From Candidatus Latescibacterota bacterium (GTDB lineage Bacteria; Latescibacterota; UBA2968; UBA8231), in contig CBDCDC010000002.1 of assembly GCA_965215195.1 (NCBI GenBank), positions 896,001 through 960,000 of the forward strand: a stretch of 64,000 nt of DNA, in the 5' to 3' direction. Of the stretch, positions 1 through 9,609 are shown in pieces; the stretch's first letter is position 1, and each line of letters opens with the position of its first letter. The notes under the pieces are model-generated. The model worked only from the letters and a program-made list of their open reading frames with translations, had not been told where the DNA came from and searched no databases. Position numbers and translations under genes: made by a program.

Positions 1-3000
1 GGGGCGTTGTAATCGAACGACCCGTTAGCCCAAGACAGCGCTAAACCTGTTAGCATCTCGGCACCTGGCCGGGCGTCCAAACCAATCTGAGCACGGGTTA
101 GATTGCCGTCCCAATCCAGCGAACCGTCGTCGCTAGACATTCGGCCGTAGTCTCCCCGGCCCCAGAATGTAGGACTGCCGGGACAAACAATGCATCCCCT
201 ACCGAAACCGAACGGCACCGCGAAAGACGATCCATTCACAACCTGTGACAGATTGACTGGGCGATTCTCAAAGATCCGACCGGATTGAATCATGTCGTGG
301 AGGGTAGACTCGGCGGCGAAGCTAAAAGACTTATTCACATCGCCGACTCTGTCCATTTGCTCAAGGCGATTTTCGATGGAGCGATTCGTTCCATCGGCAA
401 TAGCCAATGCGTATTTGGACAAGATCTGTTCGTTGAGCTCCGCAAAACGGTCCGTCGCCGATTCTTCCACTCGGACCTCGAAGCTGAGGATAGCTGCGTC
501 CTCAGCAGTCATATTGTCGTCGGCGTCGTGGGCAGTATACGTCAACGTATACGTTCCGACCTCCGTCGGTGTGCCCGAAAGCATCGGCGACATAGGGTTG
601 GGATCAAACGTCAGACCCGGGGGCACGTTATCTAGGGTATACATCAACTCGCCGAACACGGCCTCGTCATCCGGATTTAGCGAGAGCAAGTTGCCACCCG
701 AAGCCAAGGGCAACACCAAGTCTTCAATCGCCTCGCCTTCTATGTACGTTTGGTTGGCCACGTCCCCGCTAAAGTTGGGCGCACCATCTACCGTTATGTG
801 AAAGGTCAACTCAGCCGAATCGCCATCGATATCCTCCACCTGGTAAACCAAGCGATACACGCCAGTGTGCGTCGGCGTACCCGAAAGCGTCCGAGACGCA
901 GCGTCGAAGTTCAGACCCGGCACATTCATATCTAAACTATATGTCAAGTCGCCGTTGCCGCCCGAAGCCGCAGGCAATTCCCACGAATCCATCGCCTCAT
1001 TCTGACGCAAGATTCGATCCTCAATGGTCGCGTCGAAAAAGGTAGGTGTACCGTCGACTGTCAGGAAGAAGCTCAACTCAGCCGAATCGCCATCCTCATC
1101 TTCCACCCGATACGTCAACTCATAGCCCTCGGCAGGATGCGACACATGAAGCTCCGGCGTACCCGAAAGCGTCCGAGCCTCGGCATCAAACACCAGACCT
1201 GGAGGCAAATTTTCCTCATTCAAGCTATACGTCAAGTCGCCGTTGCCGCCCAAAGCCGCAGGCAACTCCAACGGGGCCATCTCCTCCCCTTCAGGAACCC
1301 TCTGATTCGTAATAGTTCCCTCAAAGAAGGGCATACCATTCACCGCAATCGTGAAGGTCAACGGCTCAGGCTCTTCGCCATCCACATCCGCCACCCGATA
1401 CGTCAACGCATACCCCTCGGGAGAATACGACACATTAGGCGACAACTCACCCGAAAGCGTCCGAGACGTAGGATTAAACGCCAGCCCCGGAGGCAAATCC
1501 CCATCCAAGAAATACGTCAACGCCACATTACCACCCACCGCCGCCGGCAACTCCAAGCTCACCGCCTCACCCGCCGGATACTGCTGGTCTTCCACCTCCT
1601 GCACGAAGCTGGGTATGCCATTCACCGCAATCGTGAAATTCAACGTCACCGCATCCCCATCCACATCCGACACCCCATACGTCAACCCATACCCCTCGGC
1701 AACATACAAGTAATCGGCCGGCAGCGTACCCGAAAGCGTCCGAGACGCCGCATCAAACGCCAGCCCCGGCGGCAACTCCCCAACCAACGCATACGTCAAC
1801 GCGCCATTGCCACCGGCCGCCGCCGGCAACGACAGATCGACCGCCTCGCCAGCCTCGTAGCTCTGGTCGGCTACCACCTGAGTGCCGAAGCTGGGCATAC
1901 CATGCACCACTAGCGTGAAGGACAACGGAGCCGGCCCTTCCCCATCCTGATCCTGCACCGAGTACTCCAACACATAGCCCTCGCTCTCGGCAGCATACGT
2001 TGCATCCGCCGACAGCGTACCCGAAAGCGTCCGAGACGCCGCATCATAGGTCAGTCCTTCCGGCAACGGCCCGACCAACGCATACGTCAACTGGCCGTTG
2101 CCACCCGAAGCCGAGGGCAACACCCAAGGATCTATCGTTTGGCCTTCGGCAAAGGTGACTTGACGCGACACGGTTTCGTCGAAGCGGGGCATCCCATTCA
2201 CCCGAAGCGTGAACTCCAACGGAGCCGGCTCTTCGCCATCCACATCTGCCACCCGATACGTCAACCCATACCCCTCGGCAGCATACGACGCATATTCCGG
2301 CGGCGTACCCGAAAGCGTCCGCGTCGCCGGATCAAACGTCAGACCCGACGGCAACACTCCATCCAAGCGATACGTCAACGCCACATTGCCACCCACCGCC
2401 GCCGGCAACTCCAAGCTCACCGCCTCACCCGCCGGATACTGCTGGTCTTCCACCTCCTGCACGAAGCTGGGTATGCCATTCACCGCAATCGTGAAATTCA
2501 ACGTCACCGCATCCCCATCCACATCTGCCACCCCATACGTCAACCCATACCCCTCGGCATACGTTGCATCCGCCGGCAGCATACCCGAAAGCGTCGGAGG
2601 CGCGGAATCAGCATCAAACGTCAGCCCCGGCGGCAACACTCCGTCCAAGCGATACGTCAACGCGCCGTTGCCACCCACCGCCGCCGGCAACGGCAGATCG
2701 ACCGCCTCGCCAGCCTCGTAGCTCTGGTCGGCTACCACCTGAGTGCCGAAGCTGGGCATACCATGCACCACTAGCGTGAAGGACAACGGAGCCGGCCCTT
2801 CCCCATCCTGATCCTGCACCGAGTACTCCAACACATAGCCCTCGCTCTCGGCAGCATACGTTGCATCCGCCGACAGCGTACCCGAAAGCGTCCGAGACGC
2901 CGCATCATAGGTCAGTCCTTCCGGCAACGGCCCGACCAACGCATACGTCAACTGGCCGTTGCCACCCGAAGCCGAGGGCAACACCCAAGGATCTATCGTT

Positions 3001-6000
3001 TGGCCTTCGGCAAAGGTGACTTGACGCGACACGGTTTCGTCGAAGCGGGGCATCCCATTCACCCGAAGCGTGAACTCCAACGGAGCCGGCTCTTCGCCAT
3101 CCACATCTGCCACCCGATACGTCAACCCATACCCCTCGGCAGCATACGACGCATATTCCGGCGGCGTACCCGAAAGCGTCCGCGTCGCCGGATCAAACGT
3201 CAGACCCGACGGCAACACTCCATCCAAGCGATACGTCAACGCCACATTGCCACCCACCGCCGCCGGCAACTCCAAGCTCACCGCCTCACCCGCCGGATAT
3301 TGCTGGTCTTCCACCTCCTGCACGAAGCTGGGTATGCCATTCACCGCAATCGTGAAATTCAACGTCACCGCATCCCCATCCACATCTGCCACCCCATACG
3401 TCAACCCATACCCCTCGGCATACGTTGCATCCGCCGGCAGCATACCCGAAAGCGTCGGAGGCGCGGAATCAGCATCAAACGTCAGCCCCGGCGGCAACAC
3501 TCCGTCCAAGCGATACGTCAACGCGCCGTTGCCACCCACCGCCGCCGGCAACGGCAGATCGACCGCCTCGCCAGCCTCGTAGCTCTGGTCGGCTACCACC
3601 TGAGTGCCGAAGCTGGGCATACCATGCACCACTAGCGTGAAGGACAACGGAGCCGGCCCTTCCCCATCCTGATCCTGCACCGAGTACTCCAACACATAGC
3701 CCTCGCTCTCGGCAGCATACGTTGCATCCGCCGACAGCGTACCCGAAAGCGTCCGAGACGCCGCATCATAGGTCAGTCCTTCCGGCAACGGCCCGACCAA
3801 CGCATACGTCAACTGGCCGTTGCCACCCGAAGCCGAGGGCAACACCCAAGGATCTATCGTTTGGCCTTCGGCAAAGGTGACTTGACGCGACACGGTTTCG
3901 TCGAAGCGGGGCATCCCATTCACCCGAAGCGTGAACTCCAACGGAGCCGGCTCCTCGCCATCCACATCTGCCACCCGATACGTCAACCCATACCCCTCGG
4001 CAGCATACGACGCATATTCCGGCGGCGTACCCGAAAGCGTCCGCGTCGCCGGATCAAACACCAGCCCCGCCGGCAACACTCCGTCCAAGCGATACGTCCG
4101 CGCCACATTACCACCCACCGCCGCCGGCAACTCCAAGCTCACCGCCTCACCCGCCGGATACTGCTGGTCTTCCGCCTCCCGCACGAAGCTGGGTATGCCA
4201 TTCACCGCAATCGTGAAATTCAACGTCACCGCATCCCCATCCACATCCGACACCCCATACGTCAACCCATATGCCTTGGCAGCATATAACACATCTTGCG
4301 GCAGCATACCCGAAATTGTCCGAGTCGCGGCATCAAACTCCAGCTCCCCAGGCAACTCCCCATCCAAGGTATAGGTCAACTCCACATTCCCACCTGCCGC
4401 CTTCGGCAACTCTAAGGTCTCCACATTGCCTGTGCCTGCCGTGTACATCTGATTGGCTACCCGACCACTGAAGCTGGGCTTGCCATTCACTACTATCGTG
4501 AAGTCCAAAGTAGCCTCATCCTCGTCCGCATCCTTCACCACCAACGTCAACAGGTATTCAGCTTTATACAACCTGTAAGCCGATGGCGTACCCGATAGTG
4601 TTCGAGTCGCGGCATCAAACTTTAGAAAACTCAGCTCAGACGTCTGATTACCGGACAAGCTGTACGTCAACTCTACGTTGCCGCCATCCGCATCCGGCAA
4701 AGTCAAGCTCATTTCCTCGCCCGCCGGATACGACGGCTTGGCGTCCACGGTCTTGTCGTCGCCGAAGCTGGGCATGCCATCCACCACTATCGTGAAGGGC
4801 AACTCAGCAAAATCGCCATCGGCATCCCACACCTCCAACGTCAATGCATATGACTCGGCATACACCACCTCGGGCGGCGGCGTACCCGAAATCTCCCGCT
4901 TAGCGGGGTCGTCATCAAACTCCAGCCCCGGAGGCAGTTCCCCTTTCAGGCGATACTCCCATATCACATTCCCGCCTGTCGGCTCCGGCAAAGTCAAGCT
5001 CATCGCTACGTCCGTCTGATACGGCTCCTGCGGCACCTCCACGGTTTTGCCGTCGAAGCTGGGCTTGCCATCCACCACTATCGTGAAGGGCAACGGAGCA
5101 GACTCATCGCCATCGACATCCGTCACCCGATACGTGAACGCATATTTCTCGTCATACAAGAAATCAGCCGGCGGCATACCCGAAATCGTCCGAGCCTCGG
5201 CATCAAACATCAGACCCGGAGGCAACTCCCCGTCCAAACTATACGTCAACTTCACATTTCCGCCCGAAGCCTCTGGCAGACCTAAGCTCACCTCATCGCC
5301 CGCCGTGTACATCTGGTCTTCCACGACCTGGTCGCCGAAGCTGGGCATACCATTCACCACAATCGTGAAGCTCAACTCAGCCGAATCGCCATCGGAATCC
5401 ACCGCCCGATATGTGAACGGATATGACTCGGCATACAAGAAATTAGCTGGCGGCGTACCCGAAATCGTCCGAGACGACGGATCAAACACCAGACCCGGAG
5501 GCAACTCCCCGATCAAGGTATACGTTAGAGTGTCGGTAGACCGACCCACTGGCAACTCCCAAGGCTGTTTTATCTCTTCGCCTGCAGTAAAGGTTGTTTG
5601 ACGCGCAGTGACCGCCGCGAAGGTCAGCTCTACATAGACGATAAAGGTCAATTCCTCCGCGTCGCTCTCCTCCACATTGGTATCGGAATCCTCTACCCGG
5701 TAGATCATTTCATACGTCCCGGCTACGGTCGGCGTACCCGAAAGCGTAAGCGACGCAGCATCAAACGTCAGACCTGGCACCTCCGGTGACAAGCTGTATC
5801 TCGGAGGTTCCTCATACTCTCCCACCGAAGCCGAAGGCAATTCCAGAACTCCTATATCATCGCCTGTCCGGTACGACTGATCAGGAACCGTCGCCCCCTC
5901 AAAGCTCGGCATCGTATCGACTTCTATCTCGAATGTCAAGGTAGCCGTATCGCCATCGGCATCCGTCACTTCGTAGGTCATCAGGGAAATAGCCACTTCC

Positions 6001-6569
6001 GAAGGCGTACCCGAAAGCGTCCGAGACGCCGCATCGAATGCCAATCCCGGAGGCACAGGCCTTAAATCATACGTCAAATCGCCGTTACCACCCGAAGCCG
6101 CGGGCAACTCCAAAGCCTCTATCACCACCCCTGCCGAGTACATCTGATCGGAAACCGTCGCCCCGTCAAAGGTCGGCTCTACATCCTCCTCTTCCACTAA
6201 AATATTGAATGTCAAGGTAGCCGTATCGCCATCGGCATCCGCCACTTCGTAGGTCATCAGGGAAATAGCCACTTCCGAAGGCGTACCCGAAAGCGTCCGA
6301 GACGCCGCATCGAATGCCAATCCCGGAGGCACAGGCCTTAAATCATACGTCAAATCGCCGTTACCACCCGAAGCCGCGGGCAACTCCAAAGCCTCTATCA
6401 CCACCCCTGCCGAGTACATCTGATCGGAAACCGTCGCCCCGTCAAAGGTCGGTGTGTCCTGGGCCTCAGCTACCGGGGCCAACACCAAGGCGGCCGCCAG
6501 CAAGGGCATACTCAGGTAAAACAGCGATCTATTCCAAAAAAATCTGTTACTAACTGCACACCCGCTCAT
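1..6569 (-). CDS. Large putative-Ig-domain (He_PIG-like) repeat autotransporter/adhesin, 3'-partial
   Basis: Read manually: ATG at 6569 after a GGAGGG RBS; signal peptide MSGCAVSNRFFWNRSLFYLSMPLLAAALVLAPVAEA-QD; about 21 repeats of ~92-97 aa with LPxASGGNGxLTY...LPxGLxFDxxxRTLSGTP; C-terminal FWGRGDYGRMSSDDGSLDWDGNLTRAQIGLDAR resembles the start of an autotransporter beta-barrel. It runs off the window, so the ORF track omits it. Only parts of the frame were translated by hand. Confidence 0.85.
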   Translation of the reverse strand, partial: MSGCAVSNRFFWNRSLFYLSMPLLAAALVLAPVAEAQDTPTFDGATVSDQMYSAGVVIEALELPAASGGNGDLTYDLRPVPPGLAFDAASRTLSGTPSEVAISLMTYEVADADGDTATLTFNILVEEEDVEPTFDGATVSDQMYSAGVVIEALELPAASGGNGDLTYDLRPVPPGLAFDAASRTLSGTPSEVAISLMTYEVTDADGDTATLTFEIEVDTMPSFEGATVPDQSYRTGDDIGVLELPSASVGEYEEPPRYSLSPEVPGLTFDAASLTLSGTPTVAGTYEMIYRVEDSDTNVEESDAEELTFIVYVELTFAAVTARQTTFTAGEEIKQPWELPVGRSTDTLTYTLIGELPPGLVFDPSSRTISGTPPANFLYAESYPFTYRAVDSDGDSAELSFTIVVNGMPSFGDQVVEDQMYTAGDEVSLGLPEASGGNVKLTYSLDGELPPGLMFDAEARTISGMPPADFLYDEKYAFTYRVTDVDGDESAPLPFTIVVDGKPSFDGKTVEVPQEPYQTDVAMSLTLPEPTGGNVIWEYRLKGELPPGLEFDDDPAKREISGTPPPEVVYAESYALTLEVWDADGDFAELPFTIVVDGMPSFGDDKTVDAKPSYPAGEEMSLTLPDADGGNVELTYSLSGNQTSELSFLKFDAATRTLSGTPSAYRLYKAEYLLTLVVKDADEDEATLDFTIVVNGKPSFSGRVANQMYTAGTGNVETLELPKAAGGNVELTYTLDGELPGELEFDAATRTISGMLPQDVLYAAKAYGLTYGVSDVDGDAVTLNFTIAVNGIPSFVREAEDQQYPAGEAVSLELPAAVGGNVARTYRLDGVLPAGLVFDPATRTLSGTPPEYASYAAEGYGLTYRVADVDGEEPAPLEFTLRVNGMPRFDETVSRQVTFAEGQTIDPWVLPSASGGNGQLTYALVGPLPEGLTYDAASRTLSGTLSADATYAAESEGYVLEYSVQDQDGEGPAPLSFTLVVHGMPSFGTQVVADQSYEAGEAVDLPLPAAVGGNGALTYRLDGVLPPGLTFDADSAPPTLSGMLPADATYAEGYGLTYGVADVDGDAVTLNFTIAVNGIPSFVQEVEDQQYPAGEAVSLELPAAVGGNVALTYRLDGVLPSGLTFDPATRTLSGTPPEYASYAAEGYGLTYRVADVDGEEPAPLEFTLRVNGMPRFDETVSRQVTFAEGQTIDPWVLPSASGGNGQLTYALVGPLPEGLTYDAASRTLSGTLSADATYAAESEGYVLEYSVQDQDGEGPAPLSFTLVVHGMPSFGTQVVADQSYEAGEAVDLPLPAAVGGNGALTYRLDGVLPPGLTFDADSAPPTLSGMLPADATYAEGYGLTYGVADVDGDAVTLNFTIAVNGIPSFVQEVEDQQYPAGEAVSLELPAAVGGNVALTYRLDGVLPSGLTFDPATRTLSGTPPEYASYAAEGYGLTYRVADVDGEEPAPLEFTLRVNGMPRFDETVSRQVTFAEGQTIDPWVLPSASGGNGQLTYALVGPLPEGLTYDAASRTLSGTLSADATYAAESEGYVLEYSVQDQDGEGPAPLSFTLVVHGMPSFGTQVVADQSYEAGEAVDLSLPAAAGGNGALTYALVGELPPGLAFDAASRTLSGTLPADYLYVAEGYGLTYGVSDVDGDAVTLNFTIAVNGIPSFVQEVEDQQYPAGEAVSLELPAAVGGNVALTYFLDGDLPPGLAFNPTSRTLSGELSPNVSYSPEGYALTYRVADVDGEEPEPLTFTIAVNGMPFFEGTITNQRVPEGEEMAPLELPAALGGNGDLTYSLNEENLPPGLVFDAEARTLSGTPELHVSHPAEGYELTYRVEDEDGDSAELSFFLTVDGTPTFFDATIEDRILRQNEAMDSWELPAASGGNGDLTYSLDMNVPGLNFDAASRTLSGTPTHTGVYRLVYQVEDIDGDSAELTFHITVDGAPNFSGDVANQTYIEGEAIEDLVLPLASGGNLLSLNPDDEAVFGELMYTLDNVPPGLTFDPNPMSPMLSGTPTEVGTYTLTYTAHDADDNMTAEDAAILSFEVRVEESATDRFAELNEQILSKYALAIADGTNRSIENRLEQMDRVGDVNKSFSFAAESTLHDMIQSGRIFENRPVNLSQVVNGSSFAVPFGFGRGCIVCPGSPTFWGRGDYGRMSSDDGSLDWDGNLTRAQIGLDARPGAEMLTGLALSWANGSFDYNA
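1833..4058. repeat. Near-identical intragenic tandem repeat, 861-bp unit (287 aa, three Ig modules), ~2.6 copies
   Basis: Identical antisense ORFs recur at 2139/3000/3861 and 2209/3070/3931 (period 861). Only isolated differences were seen (e.g. 3300, 3954). Confidence 0.9.
5931..6452. repeat. 276-bp near-identical duplication of the N-terminal Ig modules
   Basis: gaatgtcaaggtagccgtatcgccatcggcatccg occurs at 5931 and 6207, and the downstream sequence matches almost exactly. Confidence 0.85.
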
Positions 6570-6863
6570 AATTGACCCTCCAATAGAGATTTAAGTTTTA
6601 AGTTTAGGTTGTAGCGCAACTTTGTGCGCTAGACCGCCGCCTCGCCGCTCTAAGGCCGCAACCACCTCAATCACCACCGCGCTCATTGTGCTCCTCTCCT
6701 TTAGCGACCCTTAAAAATAAATATAAATAATAGTTTAACTGAAGAGCGTGTAGAGAAGCCCGAGATCGTTTCGCGTACTCAATACAAAATACGCATCTAA
6801 TACCCAGGATGCAAGAGATAGTTTCTAAACCACATGGCCTATCAGCACCTAGTGTCAAAAAGA

Positions 6864-7337
6864 TCAAGGTTTGGCAAAAAGAGGAAGATTATGGCGCAAC
6901 TCGGCTTCCAACTTGCTGTGGCAAGAGGGGCAAACCGAAATCAGATGTTCCAGCTTATTGGCCTCTATATTGGAAGAGAAATTGCGATAGGGGATTTTGT
7001 GATGTACGTCGAGCTGACGCCCCAGTTCCTCTTCGCTGACCCCGCATACTTGGCAGATAAAGCCATCGCGCGTCCGCGCCTTTAGCGCTTGGAGCGCCCA
7101 ATTGGCCCCCCGCCGCTTGGATGTCGCCCCCAAGCAAACCTCTAACGAAGGCATAGACTCTGTCCAAGCTCGGCGGCAGGACGCATCACAAAAATGCAAC
7201 TGAGCTTGGCCCGCATACCAAGCCGGCACCTCAATCTCTAGCCGACAGTATGCACACTGCGCGGCAATCTGCTCATTGCCGCCAGCCGGGCACCGCTCGC
7301 CAAAATCAAACCCCATCTGATCGCTAGAGGAAGACAT
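6864..7337 (-). CDS. HNH endonuclease with N-terminal Zn-finger
   Basis: CAYC...FCDASC Zn motif, then RDGFICQVCG...LDVHHKIP...N...LISVCPSCH HNH signature. Confidence 0.85.
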   Translation of the reverse strand: MSSSSDQMGFDFGERCPAGGNEQIAAQCAYCRLEIEVPAWYAGQAQLHFCDASCRRAWTESMPSLEVCLGATSKRRGANWALQALKARTRDGFICQVCGVSEEELGRQLDVHHKIPYRNFSSNIEANKLEHLISVCPSCHSKLEAELRHNLPLFAKP

Positions 7338-7502
7338 GATAGACCGCAGGGCTAATTTTATGCGGGATTCCAGTCCGTTCTAGCCATCGCTCACCTCTTT
7401 TTGAAGATAAAAGAGGCCGAGTTAAATAGACCTCAGAAACCCCGCCTTGCCCCCTCTCCTCACTTCTTATATATTTAACTATTTTATTAAAGGAGCGCAA
7501 AA

Positions 7503-7757
7503 TTGCCCAAACTCAAGTCTGCCAAAAAGCACCAAGCCACTAGCGCCAAAGCCTACGGACGCAACCGTGCGCTCCGCTCGCGGATGCGCACGGCCCTTAA
7601 AAAAGTTCGCCAAGCTCCGAATAAAGCCTCGGCTGAAACCGCCCTGCAAGCGGCGATCTCGACTGTCGACAGGACCACCAGCAAAGGCATTATCCACAAA
7701 AATGCCGCCGCTCGTTACAAGTCGCGGTTGAGTCGCCTCGTGCAGGCGATGGCCTAG
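7503..7757 (+). CDS. rpsT: 30S ribosomal protein S20
   Basis: MPKLKSAKK...RNRALRSRMRTALKK...KGIIHKNAAARYKSRL; TTG start after AAAGGAG. Confidence 0.95.
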   Translation: MPKLKSAKKHQATSAKAYGRNRALRSRMRTALKKVRQAPNKASAETALQAAISTVDRTTSKGIIHKNAAARYKSRLSRLVQAMA

Positions 7758-7766
7758 TACTTCCCC

Positions 7767-8684
7767 TCATTCAAAGGCACGAGTGCTCAAATAGCGCAAT
7801 CCACTGTCGCAGAGGATCGTCGCGACTCGAGCACTCGCCCCCAGCTCGCGTGCGACTTGGGCGGCGATGTAGGCGTTGGCTCCGGCTGAAATCCCCACCA
7901 AAAGCCCTTCCTCTCGCGCCAAACGGCGGGCCATTTCATAAGCGTCGTCGTCGGTAATGACCCGCACCTCGTCGACAATCTCGAGGTTGAGGATCGGCGG
8001 CACAAAACCCGCGCCGATTCCCTCTATGTAACTGAACCCAGCTCCCCCGCCTGAAAGCACGGGCGACCCGGCAGGCTCAATGGCGATGACCCGCACCGCG
8101 GACAGAGCCTCCTTGAGCACCTCGCCGACTCCGGTCAATGACCCCCCAGTACCCACACCAGCCACAAAGGCATCGATTCGACCATCTAGTTGTTCCAAGA
8201 TCTCACGGCCCGTCGTACGGCGATGTACCTCAGGGTTCGCAGCGTTCATAAACTGCTGTGGCAAAAAGTAATCTGGATGCTCGCGCTTGAGTTCAAGCGC
8301 TTTATCGATAGCACCCCGCATGCCCTCGGCCGCTGGCGTCAGCACGACCTCAGCACCGTAAGCCTGCATCTGTAAGCGGCGCTCGCGGCTGGCTGTATCG
8401 AACATGGTGACGATGAGCTTGTAGCCTTTGTAGGCAGCCACCATGGCCAAGCCAATGCCGGTATTGCCGCTAGTCGGCTCAATGATCGTGCCGCCCTCGG
8501 CCAGCAGACCCTCCTCTTCGGCGGCTTGGATCATAGCCAGAGCGATGCGGTCCTTGACACTGCCACCGGGATTGGTCGCCTCCAGCTTGCCCCACACCTC
8601 GGCGGCATCCTCCCCCACGACTCGGCTGAGGCGGACCATAGGCGTAGCTCCAATTAACTCCAGCACATTGTGGGCGCGTTTCAT
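7767..8684 (-). CDS. cysK: Cysteine synthase A
   Basis: NPGGSVKDRIA PLP-lysine motif, EPTSGNTGIGLA, GVGTGG. Confidence 0.9.
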   Translation of the reverse strand: MKRAHNVLELIGATPMVRLSRVVGEDAAEVWGKLEATNPGGSVKDRIALAMIQAAEEEGLLAEGGTIIEPTSGNTGIGLAMVAAYKGYKLIVTMFDTASRERRLQMQAYGAEVVLTPAAEGMRGAIDKALELKREHPDYFLPQQFMNAANPEVHRRTTGREILEQLDGRIDAFVAGVGTGGSLTGVGEVLKEALSAVRVIAIEPAGSPVLSGGGAGFSYIEGIGAGFVPPILNLEIVDEVRVITDDDAYEMARRLAREEGLLVGISAGANAYIAAQVARELGASARVATILCDSGLRYLSTRAFE

Positions 8685-8725
8685 CCTGCACCAAACCTAA
8701 CGCCAGCCGCCTGTACGGTAGTCCT

Positions 8726-9016
8726 TCAACTGCCGCCGGCAATGGCCGGGACGATGGAGACGCTGTCTCCATCGTTGAGCGGTGTGTCCTTGCCGTCGAG
8801 GAAGCGGATATCTTCGTCGTTGACGAAGATATTGACGTAGCGGCGGATCTCGCCTCCCTCGTCAAGCAGTTTCTCGGCCAAGCCCTCGTAGGTGCCTTCG
8901 AGCCCATCTACCAACTGGCTAATAGTCGCCGCCTCCAGCGCGACCTCGGCCTGATTGTGAGTTAATTTTCGCAACGGCGTGGGAATGTGAACAGTAACCG
9001 GCATTTCATCCTCCAT
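8726..9016 (-). CDS. MoaD/ThiS/CysO-family sulfur carrier protein
   Basis: Ubiquitin-like VHIPTPLR...YVNIFVNDEDIRF...SIVPAIAGG-S; Gly-Gly followed by one extra residue. Confidence 0.9.
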   Translation of the reverse strand: MEDEMPVTVHIPTPLRKLTHNQAEVALEAATISQLVDGLEGTYEGLAEKLLDEGGEIRRYVNIFVNDEDIRFLDGKDTPLNDGDSVSIVPAIAGGS

Positions 9017-9090
9017 TTGGAATGTAGTTAGATATTTGCTACTCTGCTGTCCGCATTTTATCGGTCTCTAGGAAGTGGCTTTAGGCTTTA

Positions 9091-9585
9091 CTAAACTATT
9101 TCAACACCCATTTCGGCGTAGCGGCTACCGTCCCAAGCAAAGCACTTGTAGCCTTGTACTTTCCGTTGGCGGCACGCCTCCTCGCCGCACACTGAGAGCA
9201 CTAGATACATCGCGTCCGGGTCGTCTGGCTCGTCTCCCGCCTCTTGGCTATTGAAAATCCAAGTGCGCCTCTCGTCTTCAGCCGAGAAATAGGCCGCGCA
9301 ATCAATGTGGGAATGGTAGCAACCCGAGACCCGGTCACCGGCCTTTTCAGCCGCCGCCGCAATGCGTAGCTGTTCGCCTGCGTCGATTAGATAAGCCGTG
9401 CTTGCATCGCGGGGATAGTGCTTGGGATCCTCTTCGTGGCACTGCTGCTGTACATTAGTACAAGCATGGGCAGTAGCCACTCCACCCGGCACCTTTTCGA
9501 CCAACAGACCGCAACACTCATGCGGGTACTCGGCCAAGGCTTGGGCACAAATTCGTTCAAAGTCCCTGCGGGCGATGCGCAGCAT
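9091..9585 (-). CDS. JAB/MPN (Mec-like, M67) metallopeptidase
   Basis: YPHECCGLL...YHSH...FSAED JAMM motif; next to the sulfur carrier and cysteine synthases. Confidence 0.85.
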   Translation of the reverse strand: MLRIARRDFERICAQALAEYPHECCGLLVEKVPGGVATAHACTNVQQQCHEEDPKHYPRDASTAYLIDAGEQLRIAAAAEKAGDRVSGCYHSHIDCAAYFSAEDERRTWIFNSQEAGDEPDDPDAMYLVLSVCGEEACRQRKVQGYKCFAWDGSRYAEMGVEIV

Positions 9586-9609
9586 TCAGCCATCCTTTCG
9601 CTTAGTGAT

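Noticed and set aside
1833-4058. Diversity-generating retroelement template/variable repeat pair
   Set aside because: No reverse transcriptase in the window, and the copies are nearly identical with no adenine-specific differences.
285-6553. Many plus-strand ORFs (Arg/His-rich or Ser/Pro-rich) in the first 6.5 kb
   Set aside because: They are antisense shadows of the minus-strand adhesin and repeat with its period.
6864-7337. HNH as IscB or a homing element
   Set aside because: Too short, with no RuvC/PLMP motifs and no flanking IS hairpins.
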